Sequence record: PQ850632.1
Reading direction: 5' to 3' (one strand)
Source of the DNA: Escherichia phage VerenaMeyer_Bas76
DNA length: 43,821 nucleotides
The notes beneath the pieces are model-generated. The model was not told where the DNA came from, made no database searches, and was given only the letters and a program-made list of their open reading frames with translations. The position numbers were made by a program, and so were the translations under genes. This document shows, one piece after another, positions 17,163-26,941 of the stretch. The number at the start of each line of letters is the position of its first letter. The first letter of the stretch is position 1.

Positions 17163-18562
17163 TGAGCGACTTATATTTCCCACGTAGCCTTAAGCCAATT
17201 GTATCGAAAGGCTACTCAATGACCAGACGTAACAACGTCTGGAGTGTAGATTTAGCCGGTGGCGGAGTGCGTCAAGGCCGTGACACGTATTATGATGTGT
17301 TCCCAATAAGCGTAACCCTGATTACATCGGCACTGGGACGGCAGGCGTTTCTGTCGTTCCTCGAAAAAGTAGACGGCGGTGCGTCAAGTTTCTGGATGGC
17401 GCACGACTTCGGCATGGGTATTCAGGATTACCAGGTAACAATCACGTCAACCATCGCAGAGTCCACCGAAGATGGTATTAACTGGACAATTACTTTCACG
17501 GCAACCGCCGAGAAATCGCCGTTCCAGGACCTTGAGAACCAGTGCCTGATTAACAATCTGCCAGATTTGTACGGCTGTTACGGGGATTGTCTGGGTAGTT
17601 TCCTGAAAATATACGCGAACTATGAGACGACGTTCCCTCGCATCTGGAGCAATGAAGGGCCTGCAGGATACCCGCCGATTAACATGCTGGCATCTACGCT
17701 TGATAGCCGCATTGTTTACGATGGGCCACAGGTTTACTACATCAACCGCAACGGCAATCTTGTGCAGTCCGCCGCTAATGAATGGCCTCTTACGTTTATT
17801 GATGGGGTTGCTGTTGGGCGTGTACCACCGGAAAAGGCGGCTACCAATGTGGTAGAACATTCTAACAACTTACTATCTACATCATTTTCACGTGCCAGAA
17901 CAACAACCACGGCGAGTTCTTTGACGTTATTCCAAGAAACTTACGCCGCTAAATTAACCGCAACGTCGGTATCAGGGAACCACTATATAAACCAGGCAGA
18001 GTCCCCAGAACAAGAAACAAGATACTCTATTAGTGCTATTATAAAAGCAGATGAGTACCAGTCATCCGCGGTAGTCATCGGCAACCGAAACGCTTTAGAT
18101 AATTTCCAGTATGCCTATGTTGACTTAGCCTCTGGCTATTTGATATCAGGCGACACCTCAAGGTCGTTCGTAAGCAATCTTGGTGGTGGGTGGTATCACG
18201 TTTCAATGTCCGCGGACACTAACGACTCCGGCGGATTGATTTATTCGCAGATAAACATGTTGTCGCCGTCTAACTCCCTCACCTTCACAGGGGATGATGT
18301 CAGCGGGTTCATTACAGCCCTAATCCAGATGGAGCCTTCAGAGTTTGCCTCATCCCCGATAGTAACCGAGGAGTCACCGGTAACTCGTCCAACGGCATCA
18401 GCAAAAGTGGCAATGAACGGCGCGACAAGCATCGACATTACCTATTCCGACGGCTCTGTGGTAAACGTTCTGGCGGCAGATGATTACGCAACCATCCCGC
18501 AGGCTGATTCCGCGTGGGGTAGCAAGTACATCACTCGTATTGATTTTAATGTGGACGGTTAA
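17162..18562 (+). CDS. minor tail protein, lambda gpM-like N-terminus with C-terminal extension
   Basis: 466 aa. The N-terminal roughly 110 aa follow the gpM pattern (Y-x-V...SVTL...FLSFLEKVDGG-SSFWM); the remaining roughly 350 aa form an additional Ser/Thr-rich domain. Confidence 0.55.
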   Translation: MSDLYFPRSLKPIVSKGYSMTRRNNVWSVDLAGGGVRQGRDTYYDVFPISVTLITSALGRQAFLSFLEKVDGGASSFWMAHDFGMGIQDYQVTITSTIAESTEDGINWTITFTATAEKSPFQDLENQCLINNLPDLYGCYGDCLGSFLKIYANYETTFPRIWSNEGPAGYPPINMLASTLDSRIVYDGPQVYYINRNGNLVQSAANEWPLTFIDGVAVGRVPPEKAATNVVEHSNNLLSTSFSRARTTTTASSLTLFQETYAAKLTATSVSGNHYINQAESPEQETRYSISAIIKADEYQSSAVVIGNRNALDNFQYAYVDLASGYLISGDTSRSFVSNLGGGWYHVSMSADTNDSGGLIYSQINMLSPSNSLTFTGDDVSGFITALIQMEPSEFASSPIVTEESPVTRPTASAKVAMNGATSIDITYSDGSVVNVLAADDYATIPQADSAWGSKYITRIDFNVDG

Positions 18563-18565
18563 TTT

Positions 18566-19081
18566 ATGAGCCAGGAATCTGTAGAAGCCGCCTATCGCCG
18601 TAAGCTGGCCTCAAATCCCGACGGCGAGATGGACTACATCACGTTGCAAATCAGCCACCCGTTGTTGTCAAAGACGTACTATCTTGTTCGTGGGCTACAG
18701 GAACTCACGGTAACACTGGAGACAGGCGAAATTATCACGTTCGAGCCAACCCCGATGGAGGCGTCGGGGGCGGCTAACAACAGTGATATGGACCAGACGA
18801 CTACGTTTACTTTACCGGATATTCTCAATCAACTTGACGATGAGATGGATAAAATCCCTATGAGTAACACCGAGTTGCCGAAGTTCGTATTCCGACGTTA
18901 CGTCAGCACCGACCTGTCTTACCCGGCGGATGGCCCTGTCGTGTACGAGTTACAGGCCATCAACCAGGAGAAGGGCGAGTTCTCTGCGGATGTCGGTACA
19001 CCTATGCTGAACCAACGAAGCACTGGTATACTGATGACACCTAAAGAGATACCGTTATTACGCGGCCTGTTGACCACATGA
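18566..19081 (+). CDS. minor tail protein (gpL-like by position)
   Basis: 171 aa, sits between the M-like and K-like genes. Assigned by gene order only. Confidence 0.4.
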   Translation: MSQESVEAAYRRKLASNPDGEMDYITLQISHPLLSKTYYLVRGLQELTVTLETGEIITFEPTPMEASGAANNSDMDQTTTFTLPDILNQLDDEMDKIPMSNTELPKFVFRRYVSTDLSYPADGPVVYELQAINQEKGEFSADVGTPMLNQRSTGILMTPKEIPLLRGLLTT

Positions 19082-19443
19082 ATATTAACGACTACACGGG
19101 CATACCTTACGACTTTCGCAAGCGCAATTGCTGGCATCACGTGCGCATTGTCCGCGCGGATGCCGGGTTAGAAACCCCAGCGTTCGACGTTGCAAGCCCA
19201 ACGGCGATTAACGAAGCGTTCGACGAAGGCCATCGTGACACGAAGGGGCTTACAAAAATTGATAAGCCTGAAAACTTCTGTGCGGTTCTTATGGGGTATC
19301 GCCGTGGCGGTCGTATCGTGTGGCACGCGGGAGTTTACTTCGACGGGATGGTGAGTCATTGCGAGCTTGCGTCCCGTCAGGTACGGCTTGACAGGCTGGC
19401 GGATCTCAGAGACACGTACACGGAGATTGAATTTTGGCGATAA
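19078..19443 (+). CDS. tail assembly protein with NlpC/P60-like peptidase motifs (gpK-like)
   Basis: 121 aa. Cys/His catalytic signature RNCWHHV plus downstream HAG...SHC. ATGA-coupled to the upstream gene. Confidence 0.55.
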   Translation: MNINDYTGIPYDFRKRNCWHHVRIVRADAGLETPAFDVASPTAINEAFDEGHRDTKGLTKIDKPENFCAVLMGYRRGGRIVWHAGVYFDGMVSHCELASRQVRLDRLADLRDTYTEIEFWR

Positions 19444-22001
19444 TCCTGCACTACACGCGAAACGCTGATGGCGCTTTCAACCGTACAAAACACGTCGGGA
19501 TGCCGATGGAGTTTGTCGTTAACCGTATCCCGGACGGCGTTCCGGTACGCGTCTATCTTGGCGAGATTGGTGATGATACTGATGTTACAGACGACTTCGA
19601 CGCGCTCAAAGACGAGGACGCCGTGTACCACATTATTGAGGGCGCTGGCGGCGGCATTGGCGACGCCATCGGGAGTGTATTCAGTTTCATCCTTAAGCCA
19701 ATCGCCAAATTGTTCGGGCTAAACACAGCGGCTAACGCTAATTATTCCGCTACCAACAATCAGGCTACGTCGCCTAACAACAGTCTCACCGACCGCTCAA
19801 ACAAGCCACGACCTTATGAGCGTTCCTATGATATCTGCGGGACAGTGCAGACCATCCCCAATGACCTGATGCAGACATATAAGGTGTTTAATGCCGCGGG
19901 TGCGCTTATTGAATATGCGTACTATGACGCCGGTCGAGGGTATCTGCATATTGAGGAAGACGGTGTAACTGAGGCAGATACCCGAATCAGCGAGATAACT
20001 GGCTCGTCGGTGACGGTGTATTCTCCTTACACTTCGCCGAATAACACCAGCACACCACAATTGCATATCGGCGACCCTATAGACCAGAAATTGTACGTTA
20101 CATTTAAAAACGCCGATGTCGATGGCGCTGTTCTTCCCGCCCCTAATGATATCGCTATAGACGTGCAGGACTACACTGTCCAGCGGCAGGGAACAACCGG
20201 CGTTGTAGTAGGCGATGACGCTGGTTTCGATGAGTTTTTGGCGGTCGGGGACCTGGCATACTTCGATAACGTATATGCAGATACAACCCCAGGGTCTTTG
20301 GGTAATGAGGTTAACCTGGACGGGAGGTACACGGTTCTTTCGGTTAGTGAAACCACCCTTATTGTGGACGTCAGTACAAATCAATCAGTATGGAACCAGC
20401 TAGGGGCGTCTGTGTGGTTTATAGGTGAAGAGGGTAACCATCTTATAGGCCCGGCGGACACTTACGCGGCTTCTCTCTCTGAATGGGCGTACATCACCCG
20501 CGGTACTGTCGACCGTGTTGTAGCCAATGTCGCCGCCAGCAACGGCATGTATAAATACAACGGCGACTATAACCGCGCTTCAGTGACAGTGGAACTGCAA
20601 TACCAGATGGTTGATGAGCTGAAACAGCCTGTAGGTGATATATTTACTGTACAAGGAACCGTAACAGGCCGGAACACGGATTACACAGGTATTACTCTTT
20701 ACGGAAGTTTACCAACTGCTTCCAGATTCCGCGCCCGTATGCGTCGTGTTTCCGACACCGATAAAGATTTTGAAGGTACTGTTAGTGATGAGGTTACTTT
20801 CACTAATCTGTACGGGCAGTCTCTGGACACAACCCCACACTACGGCAACAGAACCACCGTACACTGCGCTCGTAAACAAACGCCACGTGCCGCGGAGGTG
20901 TCAGAACCGGAACTGCGCATGATTGCTACCGAGATGTGCTACAAATACTTAGGTAACGGCGTATTCGATACGGTAATGACACCGAACACTCAGGCCGTGC
21001 AGTCGCTAATCAGGCTGGCGCGTGACCCTGTGGTGGGTAATCTGGAACTGACAACGGCAAATATGGACAAGTTACTTGCCGTGCAGGAAGAAATTGAGTC
21101 GTATTTTGACAGTGAATTAGCCGGGCAGTTCTGCTACACATTCGACGACTACGACACAACCATGCAAGACATCGTTCAGACCATCGCGGAAGCCGTGTTT
21201 TGTACGGCATACCGTAAAGGTGCTGATATTATGCTGCGATTCGACCGTCCTGTTGCGGGGCCTGAGATGGTTTTCACCCACCGCAGCAAAACGACCGGTA
21301 CGGAGAAATGGACGCGCACGTTCAACGATTCGACAACCTACGATAGCCTGTCGTTCTCGTACATTGACCCGGATACAAACGTACAGGAGACGATTTATAT
21401 CCCGGAAGAACTCGGCGCGAACACCGAGGAATATGAATCGAAGGGCGTACGTAACTATCAGCAGGCATATTGGCTGGCGTGGCGTCGCTACCAGCGCAAC
21501 GCGTTAAGTAAAGTTGTCGTAGAGTTCGAAGCTACAGAAGAAGGTGCGCTCGCTACCCCCGGCGGGGTAATCAGCGTGGTTAAAGGCTCTCGCATTGCGC
21601 CGCAAGATGGTTATGTTGTTGCCGTTAATGGGCTTACGCTGACGCTGTCGCAGCCGGTTATGTTCACCCCCGGCGACGACCACTCCATCATCCTCAAGAA
21701 GCGCGATGGCTCGGTGCAGAGTATCTCCGTTATCAAAGGAAGCCACGACCGCGAAGTGATTATGCTCTCCGCACCTGAGGAGGCAATTTACACAGGGAAT
21801 AGCGCGCTAAAAACTGAGTTTTCATTCGGCAACGAAGCAAGGCATAATGCTCAGAAGATAGTTGTTTCTTCAATCGACCCCGGCGACGACCGCACGGTCA
21901 AGATTACGGGCTACAACTATGACGACGGATTCTATAAATACGACGGCGTCGCGCCATACGGTAGCGGTTTCTCCGACGGATTCAGCAATGGTTTTAATTA
22001 A
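19434..22001 (+). CDS. tail tip / central fibre protein (gpJ-like host specificity protein)
   Basis: 855 aa, large protein after the M/L/K-like genes. An internal ATG at 19503 is an alternative start; the N-terminal region may correspond to a gpI-like segment. Confidence 0.6.
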   Translation: MAIILHYTRNADGAFNRTKHVGMPMEFVVNRIPDGVPVRVYLGEIGDDTDVTDDFDALKDEDAVYHIIEGAGGGIGDAIGSVFSFILKPIAKLFGLNTAANANYSATNNQATSPNNSLTDRSNKPRPYERSYDICGTVQTIPNDLMQTYKVFNAAGALIEYAYYDAGRGYLHIEEDGVTEADTRISEITGSSVTVYSPYTSPNNTSTPQLHIGDPIDQKLYVTFKNADVDGAVLPAPNDIAIDVQDYTVQRQGTTGVVVGDDAGFDEFLAVGDLAYFDNVYADTTPGSLGNEVNLDGRYTVLSVSETTLIVDVSTNQSVWNQLGASVWFIGEEGNHLIGPADTYAASLSEWAYITRGTVDRVVANVAASNGMYKYNGDYNRASVTVELQYQMVDELKQPVGDIFTVQGTVTGRNTDYTGITLYGSLPTASRFRARMRRVSDTDKDFEGTVSDEVTFTNLYGQSLDTTPHYGNRTTVHCARKQTPRAAEVSEPELRMIATEMCYKYLGNGVFDTVMTPNTQAVQSLIRLARDPVVGNLELTTANMDKLLAVQEEIESYFDSELAGQFCYTFDDYDTTMQDIVQTIAEAVFCTAYRKGADIMLRFDRPVAGPEMVFTHRSKTTGTEKWTRTFNDSTTYDSLSFSYIDPDTNVQETIYIPEELGANTEEYESKGVRNYQQAYWLAWRRYQRNALSKVVVEFEATEEGALATPGGVISVVKGSRIAPQDGYVVAVNGLTLTLSQPVMFTPGDDHSIILKKRDGSVQSISVIKGSHDREVIMLSAPEEAIYTGNSALKTEFSFGNEARHNAQKIVVSSIDPGDDRTVKITGYNYDDGFYKYDGVAPYGSGFSDGFSNGFN

Positions 22002-22013
22002 AGAGGACTCTAT

Positions 22014-24194
22014 ATGTCAAGCGGATGCGGTGACGTTTTAAGCCTGGTGGATTTACAAACCGCCAAGAAACACCAGATTTTCGAGGCCGAGGTTATCACC
22101 GGTAAAGCTGGCGGTGTAGCTACGGGTGCTGATATTGATTACGCAACTAATCAGGTTACGGGACAGACACAGAAGACGTTGCCAGCCGTGTTGCGTGACG
22201 CCGGGTTCAGACCTGCGCCATTCACATTCGAAACAGGTGGGACTTTGGGCGTTAACGACGCTGACCTGGCGGTGTTGTGGCCAGGGCCATCAGGCGACGG
22301 CAACTATTATGCATGGAAAGGTGCCCTGCCAAAAACCATCCCGGCATCTTCAACCCCGGCGTCTACGGGCGGAGTAGGCCAGACCGCATGGGTTGCCGTT
22401 AGTGAAGCTGCATTGCGCCGTGATTTGGCCCTAAGCACTGGCGCAGGGTTAGTTGGGACAACATCCGGCAGGACCGTACAGGCAGAGTTTGACTACCGCA
22501 AGACTCAAGCAGCAAAAACAGAGATAAACATACTTGACTACCTTCCAGCTAACGTGATCGCAGCTCTAAACGATGTTAACGCGTCAAAAGCACTAGGAAG
22601 CGTAAGGACATACATTGAGCAGGCTTTAGCGGCAGCAACTAGCGAGAATATCGGTACTGGGGTTACTTTACGTTTCCCGGCTGGGTTCTTTTGGCTTGAT
22701 TCTACTCTTAACCTTCCAAAAAGGACGCGTATTGTTGGGGTCTACCCAGAAACATACTTTATGGCTCTCCCTGACTTTACTGGCACTAACGTAATTGCCG
22801 GTTCCACAGGACCCGCTATAGTCGCTATTGATAACACAGGACAAGACCCGTTTTATATTGAAGGTTTCCAGATAAACGCAGATGGTTCCCAGCCGAATGT
22901 GGTTGGGCTGCACATTGGCGGCTGCCGTAATTCCGTCGTCCGTCGGATATCTGTATCTGGAACCTTCGATGCTGCTGTTGTTATCCACCCTAAAAACGCA
23001 ACATCTGGAGACGTGGAGAACCTGGAATTAAGCCACGTATGGACATTAGGCGGTGGGCTTGTGCTCAGGACTAATACAGATATCGACCGTGGAAATTTAA
23101 CAGGCCTGTCATTCCGGGATTGTATGTTTTTCAGCACAATCGACAACAACCCTTCATGGGCGACATCTGGCAACCCTAGTATCAGGTTCTCCTGCCATGT
23201 AGACCGACAGATTTTTGCATGTACATTCGACCGTGTAGGATGGGCGAGTCGCGCAACATACGCCATCTATTCAGAAAGCCTAGCCGGAAATAGTGCATCT
23301 GATGTCAAGGGCTTCCGCGATATTCATTTTACAGATTTCCACGGAGAAGCCCACAATGCCGATGGGTCATTAACAGCGGACTGTACTTTTGCCCTTCTTG
23401 CGAATATGCGTAACAGTACATTTACTAATATCCAACGCTCCGGCGCTGTGACTCGCGGCGGCATTATCATGGATGGGTGCGAATACGTAACATTCAACTC
23501 AGTATCATTTGCGGACCCTAATATCACAACAGGAACAACGACACCTTGTTGCGTATACCAGAACTCCACCAACAGATTTAATAGATTTATTAACTGTGAC
23601 TTAACAGATGCAACCGGGAGCATGTTTGATTTAGCCGGTTGGACCGTGTCATCCAGTGTAATGTATTATTTTAAGGGTCTTTTTTGGGACGATAGTGGGA
23701 CAAGTACCTGGGAGAGTGAACAAATGTCTTCAAAACCATTTGTTCTTTTTAAAAGGTCTGCGCTTAACGCCAATAACGGTTCTGCTTACCCGCAGGAATC
23801 AGGCGTAACTATGGCTACTTCTGGTGATAATCTACAGGTTACCTTTGCACGAGACGCTACCACAAAAACATTCACAATACCAATCACAACTACAAACGCT
23901 GTTTTCAACAACCACGACCGTGTTTATGTCCTATTCCGTCATCAGTTCACTAGCTATGGCACTGGCACAGTTGTAAAAATAGGGCTTGGAACATCCTATG
24001 TGACTATCTCACCTCAGACAGGGAACGATTATTTTGCGGCTATTAGCTTAGCACGTAGCCAGGCTACTAGTTTTAATATACAAGTAACCTATAGCGGGGC
24101 CTCAGCTGACTGCGGAATATTAATTAGGGATTTAATTATTTCTGACAGGATGCCGTGGGTGCCGAACTTCACCAAAGCATTACTTTGCGATTAA
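22014..24194 (+). CDS. tailspike / receptor-binding protein with beta-helix (putative polysaccharide depolymerase)
   Basis: 726 aa, last structural gene. N-terminal roughly 140-aa anchor-like domain, then long Asn/Gly/Thr/Ser-rich repeats typical of right-handed beta-helix tailspikes. Confidence 0.6.
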   Translation: MSSGCGDVLSLVDLQTAKKHQIFEAEVITGKAGGVATGADIDYATNQVTGQTQKTLPAVLRDAGFRPAPFTFETGGTLGVNDADLAVLWPGPSGDGNYYAWKGALPKTIPASSTPASTGGVGQTAWVAVSEAALRRDLALSTGAGLVGTTSGRTVQAEFDYRKTQAAKTEINILDYLPANVIAALNDVNASKALGSVRTYIEQALAAATSENIGTGVTLRFPAGFFWLDSTLNLPKRTRIVGVYPETYFMALPDFTGTNVIAGSTGPAIVAIDNTGQDPFYIEGFQINADGSQPNVVGLHIGGCRNSVVRRISVSGTFDAAVVIHPKNATSGDVENLELSHVWTLGGGLVLRTNTDIDRGNLTGLSFRDCMFFSTIDNNPSWATSGNPSIRFSCHVDRQIFACTFDRVGWASRATYAIYSESLAGNSASDVKGFRDIHFTDFHGEAHNADGSLTADCTFALLANMRNSTFTNIQRSGAVTRGGIIMDGCEYVTFNSVSFADPNITTGTTTPCCVYQNSTNRFNRFINCDLTDATGSMFDLAGWTVSSSVMYYFKGLFWDDSGTSTWESEQMSSKPFVLFKRSALNANNGSAYPQESGVTMATSGDNLQVTFARDATTKTFTIPITTTNAVFNNHDRVYVLFRHQFTSYGTGTVVKIGLGTSYVTISPQTGNDYFAAISLARSQATSFNIQVTYSGASADCGILIRDLIISDRMPWVPNFTKALLCD

Positions 24195-24195
24195 A

Positions 24196-24224
24196 ACTAA
24201 GGCCCCAAACGGGGCCTTTTCTCT
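24196..24224. terminator. bidirectional intrinsic terminator (AAGGCCCC-AAAC-GGGGCCTT)
   Basis: Hairpin with TTTTCTC at the junction of the convergent late (plus) and replication (minus) operons. Third copy of the terminator family. Confidence 0.65.
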
Positions 24225-24360
24225 ACTCTTCTGATAACTTCTCCAGTACAAACGCCAGTTGTGCATTAGCGGCATCCCTCTGTTGCCGTAGTCGTAGAAC
24301 CTCTTCTTCGAGTTCCTTGATACGTTTTTGCAATGCTGGAATCGGGGCTATGATGTTCAT
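24223..24360 (-). CDS. hypothetical 45-aa coiled-coil peptide (below ORF-track cutoff)
   Basis: ATG 24360..24358 overlaps the upstream stop (ATGA). Translation MNIIAPIPALQKRIKELEEEVLRLRQQRDAANAQLAFVLEKLSEE. Ends at the terminator. Confidence 0.3.
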   Translation of the reverse strand: MNIIAPIPALQKRIKELEEEVLRLRQQRDAANAQLAFVLEKLSEE

Positions 24361-24542
24361 TTCTCACCTTCGCTTTTCTTGAAGCTGCGCTTTATGTCCG
24401 GCAGCGTGTAACATCGTGACTTTTCATATTTACCGTTCGAGCTTACTAAAACAAAGCTGTTGCCGTCTTTTGATATGTACTCGATGGTGAAAGTATTGAA
24501 TGAGCGTATGCTGTATATTTCATCACCAACATTAAGTTTCAT
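24357..24542 (-). CDS. hypothetical protein (61 aa)
   Basis: ATGA-coupled to the helicase gene. No motif recognised. Confidence 0.4.
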   Translation of the reverse strand: MKLNVGDEIYSIRSFNTFTIEYISKDGNSFVLVSSNGKYEKSRCYTLPDIKRSFKKSEGEK

Positions 24543-25963
24543 TTCTTACCTCGTCTCTTCATGTAATTAAGCAACTCTTCCTGTACCGATTTTTTCTCGT
24601 CCGTACGCGCGGCAACAACCTCGTCCAGCGTGTCTTTAGCGACGATATGATAGAGGAACACCGGGCGCTCGTGTCCCGCCTGTTTCTGGCGGACCGGGCC
24701 GATGCGCTCAACGACCTGCAAATAGTGCTCAAGGTTCCAGCCTTGTGAAATAAACGCTAGATGGTGTCCGCCGTCCTGTAAATTCAAACCATGCCCGGCT
24801 GACGCAGGATGCACGCATAAGATTTCGATTTCGCCGCGGTTCCACGCTTCCATCTGCTTATTCCCCTTAGCGCCTTTGGCAAACGCCTGCGCCTGCGGGA
24901 AACGTTTCAGGATGCGCTCCAGTTCGTGCTTGAACTGATAGGCCACCAGTAACGGTGCCCCCTGTAACTCCTCAACAATGGACTCGAGCGCATCAAGTTT
25001 CGTGTCGTGCACTTTCTCCCATTCTTTGGTTGCTTCGCCGTCTTCGCCCGTCACATACACGGCACCGGAAGCAATCTGCAAGCACTTAGCCGTTTTAGCG
25101 GCAGCGTTGGCAGCCTGCACCTCCCCACTCTCCAGTTCCGCGATTAACTTTTTCTCCATGTCGTCGTACGCCTGACGCGCTTTCTTCGGCAGGTCTATTT
25201 CGACCGGTACGATAATCGGCGCTTCACAACCAAACCACTCGGCAGGGTCTATGGTCAGGCTGATGTCTTTCATCTTCTGATGAATCTCATTATCCGCACC
25301 CGGTCGTGCATGATACTCGCGGGCCATAGCCGATTTACCTTTCTGTACCGAGTTAAACCAGCGGTCGGTGAATGCTGTGTACGAAGAGCCGAGGCGCTCG
25401 CCAGCGTCGATAAACCAGTTCTGACCCCACAAGTCTTTGAGGCCGTTTGGTGACGGTGTGCCTGTCAGGTTGATGAAACGCTTAACCTTTCCGAACGCAA
25501 CCTTGCTGAGCGCCTTTGCCCGCTTGCTACCACCCGAACGGCTGCGGAACGATTTAAGCTTCGTGCTTTCATCGGCAACGATAACCGTAAAAGGCCAGTC
25601 GTCTTTGCCGTAGTAGTCAATTAGCCACTCGATAACTTCGTAGTTAGTGCACACCACGTTAGCATCTGACTCCAGCGCTGCGATGCGGCGCTTCTCCGAA
25701 CCAGTTGCATCTACGACACGCAGACAAGGGAATTGCCATTTCTCTTGTTCAGCGGGCCACGTACCGGACGCAACACGTAACGGGGCAAGGATTAACACGC
25801 GGTCCTCTTCCGTAAGCTGCCCGTTGCGGAACAGGCGGTTGAGCACCCACATAGTGGAGGAGGTTTTACCTCCCCCCATTCCGCACCAGATATTACAGCG
25901 CGGGTGTTGCAGCATGAACGAAGTCATGAGCTTCTGGTACTCACGCCTTTGAAACTTACTCAT
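24539..25963 (-). CDS. SNF2-family (superfamily II) helicase
   Basis: 474 aa. Walker A GMGGGKTSS, motif II DESTKLK, motif III LTGTPSPN, C-terminal helicase motif QVVERIGPVRQ. Confidence 0.85.
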   Translation of the reverse strand: MSKFQRREYQKLMTSFMLQHPRCNIWCGMGGGKTSSTMWVLNRLFRNGQLTEEDRVLILAPLRVASGTWPAEQEKWQFPCLRVVDATGSEKRRIAALESDANVVCTNYEVIEWLIDYYGKDDWPFTVIVADESTKLKSFRSRSGGSKRAKALSKVAFGKVKRFINLTGTPSPNGLKDLWGQNWFIDAGERLGSSYTAFTDRWFNSVQKGKSAMAREYHARPGADNEIHQKMKDISLTIDPAEWFGCEAPIIVPVEIDLPKKARQAYDDMEKKLIAELESGEVQAANAAAKTAKCLQIASGAVYVTGEDGEATKEWEKVHDTKLDALESIVEELQGAPLLVAYQFKHELERILKRFPQAQAFAKGAKGNKQMEAWNRGEIEILCVHPASAGHGLNLQDGGHHLAFISQGWNLEHYLQVVERIGPVRQKQAGHERPVFLYHIVAKDTLDEVVAARTDEKKSVQEELLNYMKRRGKK

Positions 25964-26753
25964 TTACTGCCCCCATGAACGCCTTTATAAATTCAGCGGC
26001 TACTTGCGGGACGATGGCATTGCCATAACCGCGCAATCGTCCCACTCTTGCGGATACCCCATGAGTTGCCTCGCAAAATCCGCCTGGTATGACTCTAGTT
26101 TCCTTATCTGCTCCATGGTTGGGTTTCCATGAATCCCATAAACATGAAGCCACATCTGGCGATAAAGAGTATCGTTCCTGAATTTTCCGTCCTTTCTGTA
26201 AAATGTCTTGCTGAGATCCCCGTAATCCTTCCATCCTCGCGCCGTTGGTGTCGCCCATCCTCGCGCCAAAGATGATTCTTTTCCTTTCCTGTGGAGAGCC
26301 GACGCTGCAAGCTGGCAATACTGACGCCCCGCAGGCGTAGCCTTTGTCTTCCAGGTTAAGGAATACAAAATCGAGCCAGTGCTTCCCAATTGCTGCTGCA
26401 ACCTGCTCTCCAAACAGCAATTCAGGCTTGCACTCTCTGATGAGCCTGAGAAATGCTGGGGCAAGGTGTCGATCGTCGTCAAATCCGAGAGACTTACCGG
26501 CAACGCTAAACGGCTGGCAAGGTGGTGATCCTGTCCAGAGTCGAGTGCTTTCTGGTATTCCTGCCAGCTGGAGTGCAAGGGGCCACCCTCCGATTCCGGC
26601 AAAGAAGTGACACTGTGTAAATCCTTCCAGGTCTGAAGGGGTGACTTCGGTGATTGATCGTTCATCGACATATCCGTAAGGAATTAGTTTATTGTTAATT
26701 AATTCACGCAGCCACGCGGCTGCGCCTTTATCCCATTCGTTGTAATAGTTCAT
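25956..26753 (-). CDS. DNA (cytosine-5)-methyltransferase, compact form
   Basis: 265 aa. Motif I FFAGIGGW, motif IV GSPPCQPF, ENV-like FGEQV, motif VIII QERKR, motif X GNAIVP. The target-recognition region between VIII and IX is short. Confidence 0.75.
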   Translation of the reverse strand: MNYYNEWDKGAAAWLRELINNKLIPYGYVDERSITEVTPSDLEGFTQCHFFAGIGGWPLALQLAGIPESTRLWTGSPPCQPFSVAGKSLGFDDDRHLAPAFLRLIRECKPELLFGEQVAAAIGKHWLDFVFLNLEDKGYACGASVLPACSVGSPQERKRIIFGARMGDTNGARMEGLRGSQQDILQKGRKIQERYSLSPDVASCLWDSWKPNHGADKETRVIPGGFCEATHGVSARVGRLRGYGNAIVPQVAAEFIKAFMGAVNE

Positions 26754-26941
26754 TTCGCCACCAGAACTAACTCTTTACGCCCGAACGCCGTAACGTTACC
26801 GGTTACGTCTTCAATAACCAGTTTACCGTTCGACTCGACGAACACCGTGTCAACGGCAACAGGACGACGGGTCTTAACGTTGAAAATCATGTCGCCTGGT
26901 ACGATGTCACGTGCTGGTTTGCGGTCATATTCGTGTTTCAT
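26750..26941 (-). CDS. hypothetical protein (63 aa)
   Basis: ATGA-coupled to the methyltransferase gene. Start preceded by the promoter at 26975..27003 and AAGGAA. Confidence 0.45.
   Translation of the reverse strand: MKHEYDRKPARDIVPGDMIFNVKTRRPVAVDTVFVESNGKLVIEDVTGNVTAFGRKELVLVAK

Noticed and set aside
15371-17183. Multiple ORFs on both strands inside the tape measure gene, including the Arg-rich 16072..16299
   Set aside because: They arise from the repetitive Ala/Gln/Glu codon composition of the tape measure gene, have no independent start signals and show biased low-complexity sequence.
4881-24224. Repeated GC-rich hairpins considered as possible CRISPR repeats or a mobile-element footprint
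   Set aside because: Only three copies, tens of kb apart, each followed by T-runs and sitting at gene ends. They behave as terminators; no repeat-spacer array exists.
26000-26671. 223-aa ORF in an alternative frame on the same strand as the methyltransferase gene
   Set aside because: Fully embedded in the methyltransferase, which has all catalytic motifs in its own frame. No separate ribosome-binding site; Ser/Leu/Gln-rich translation.
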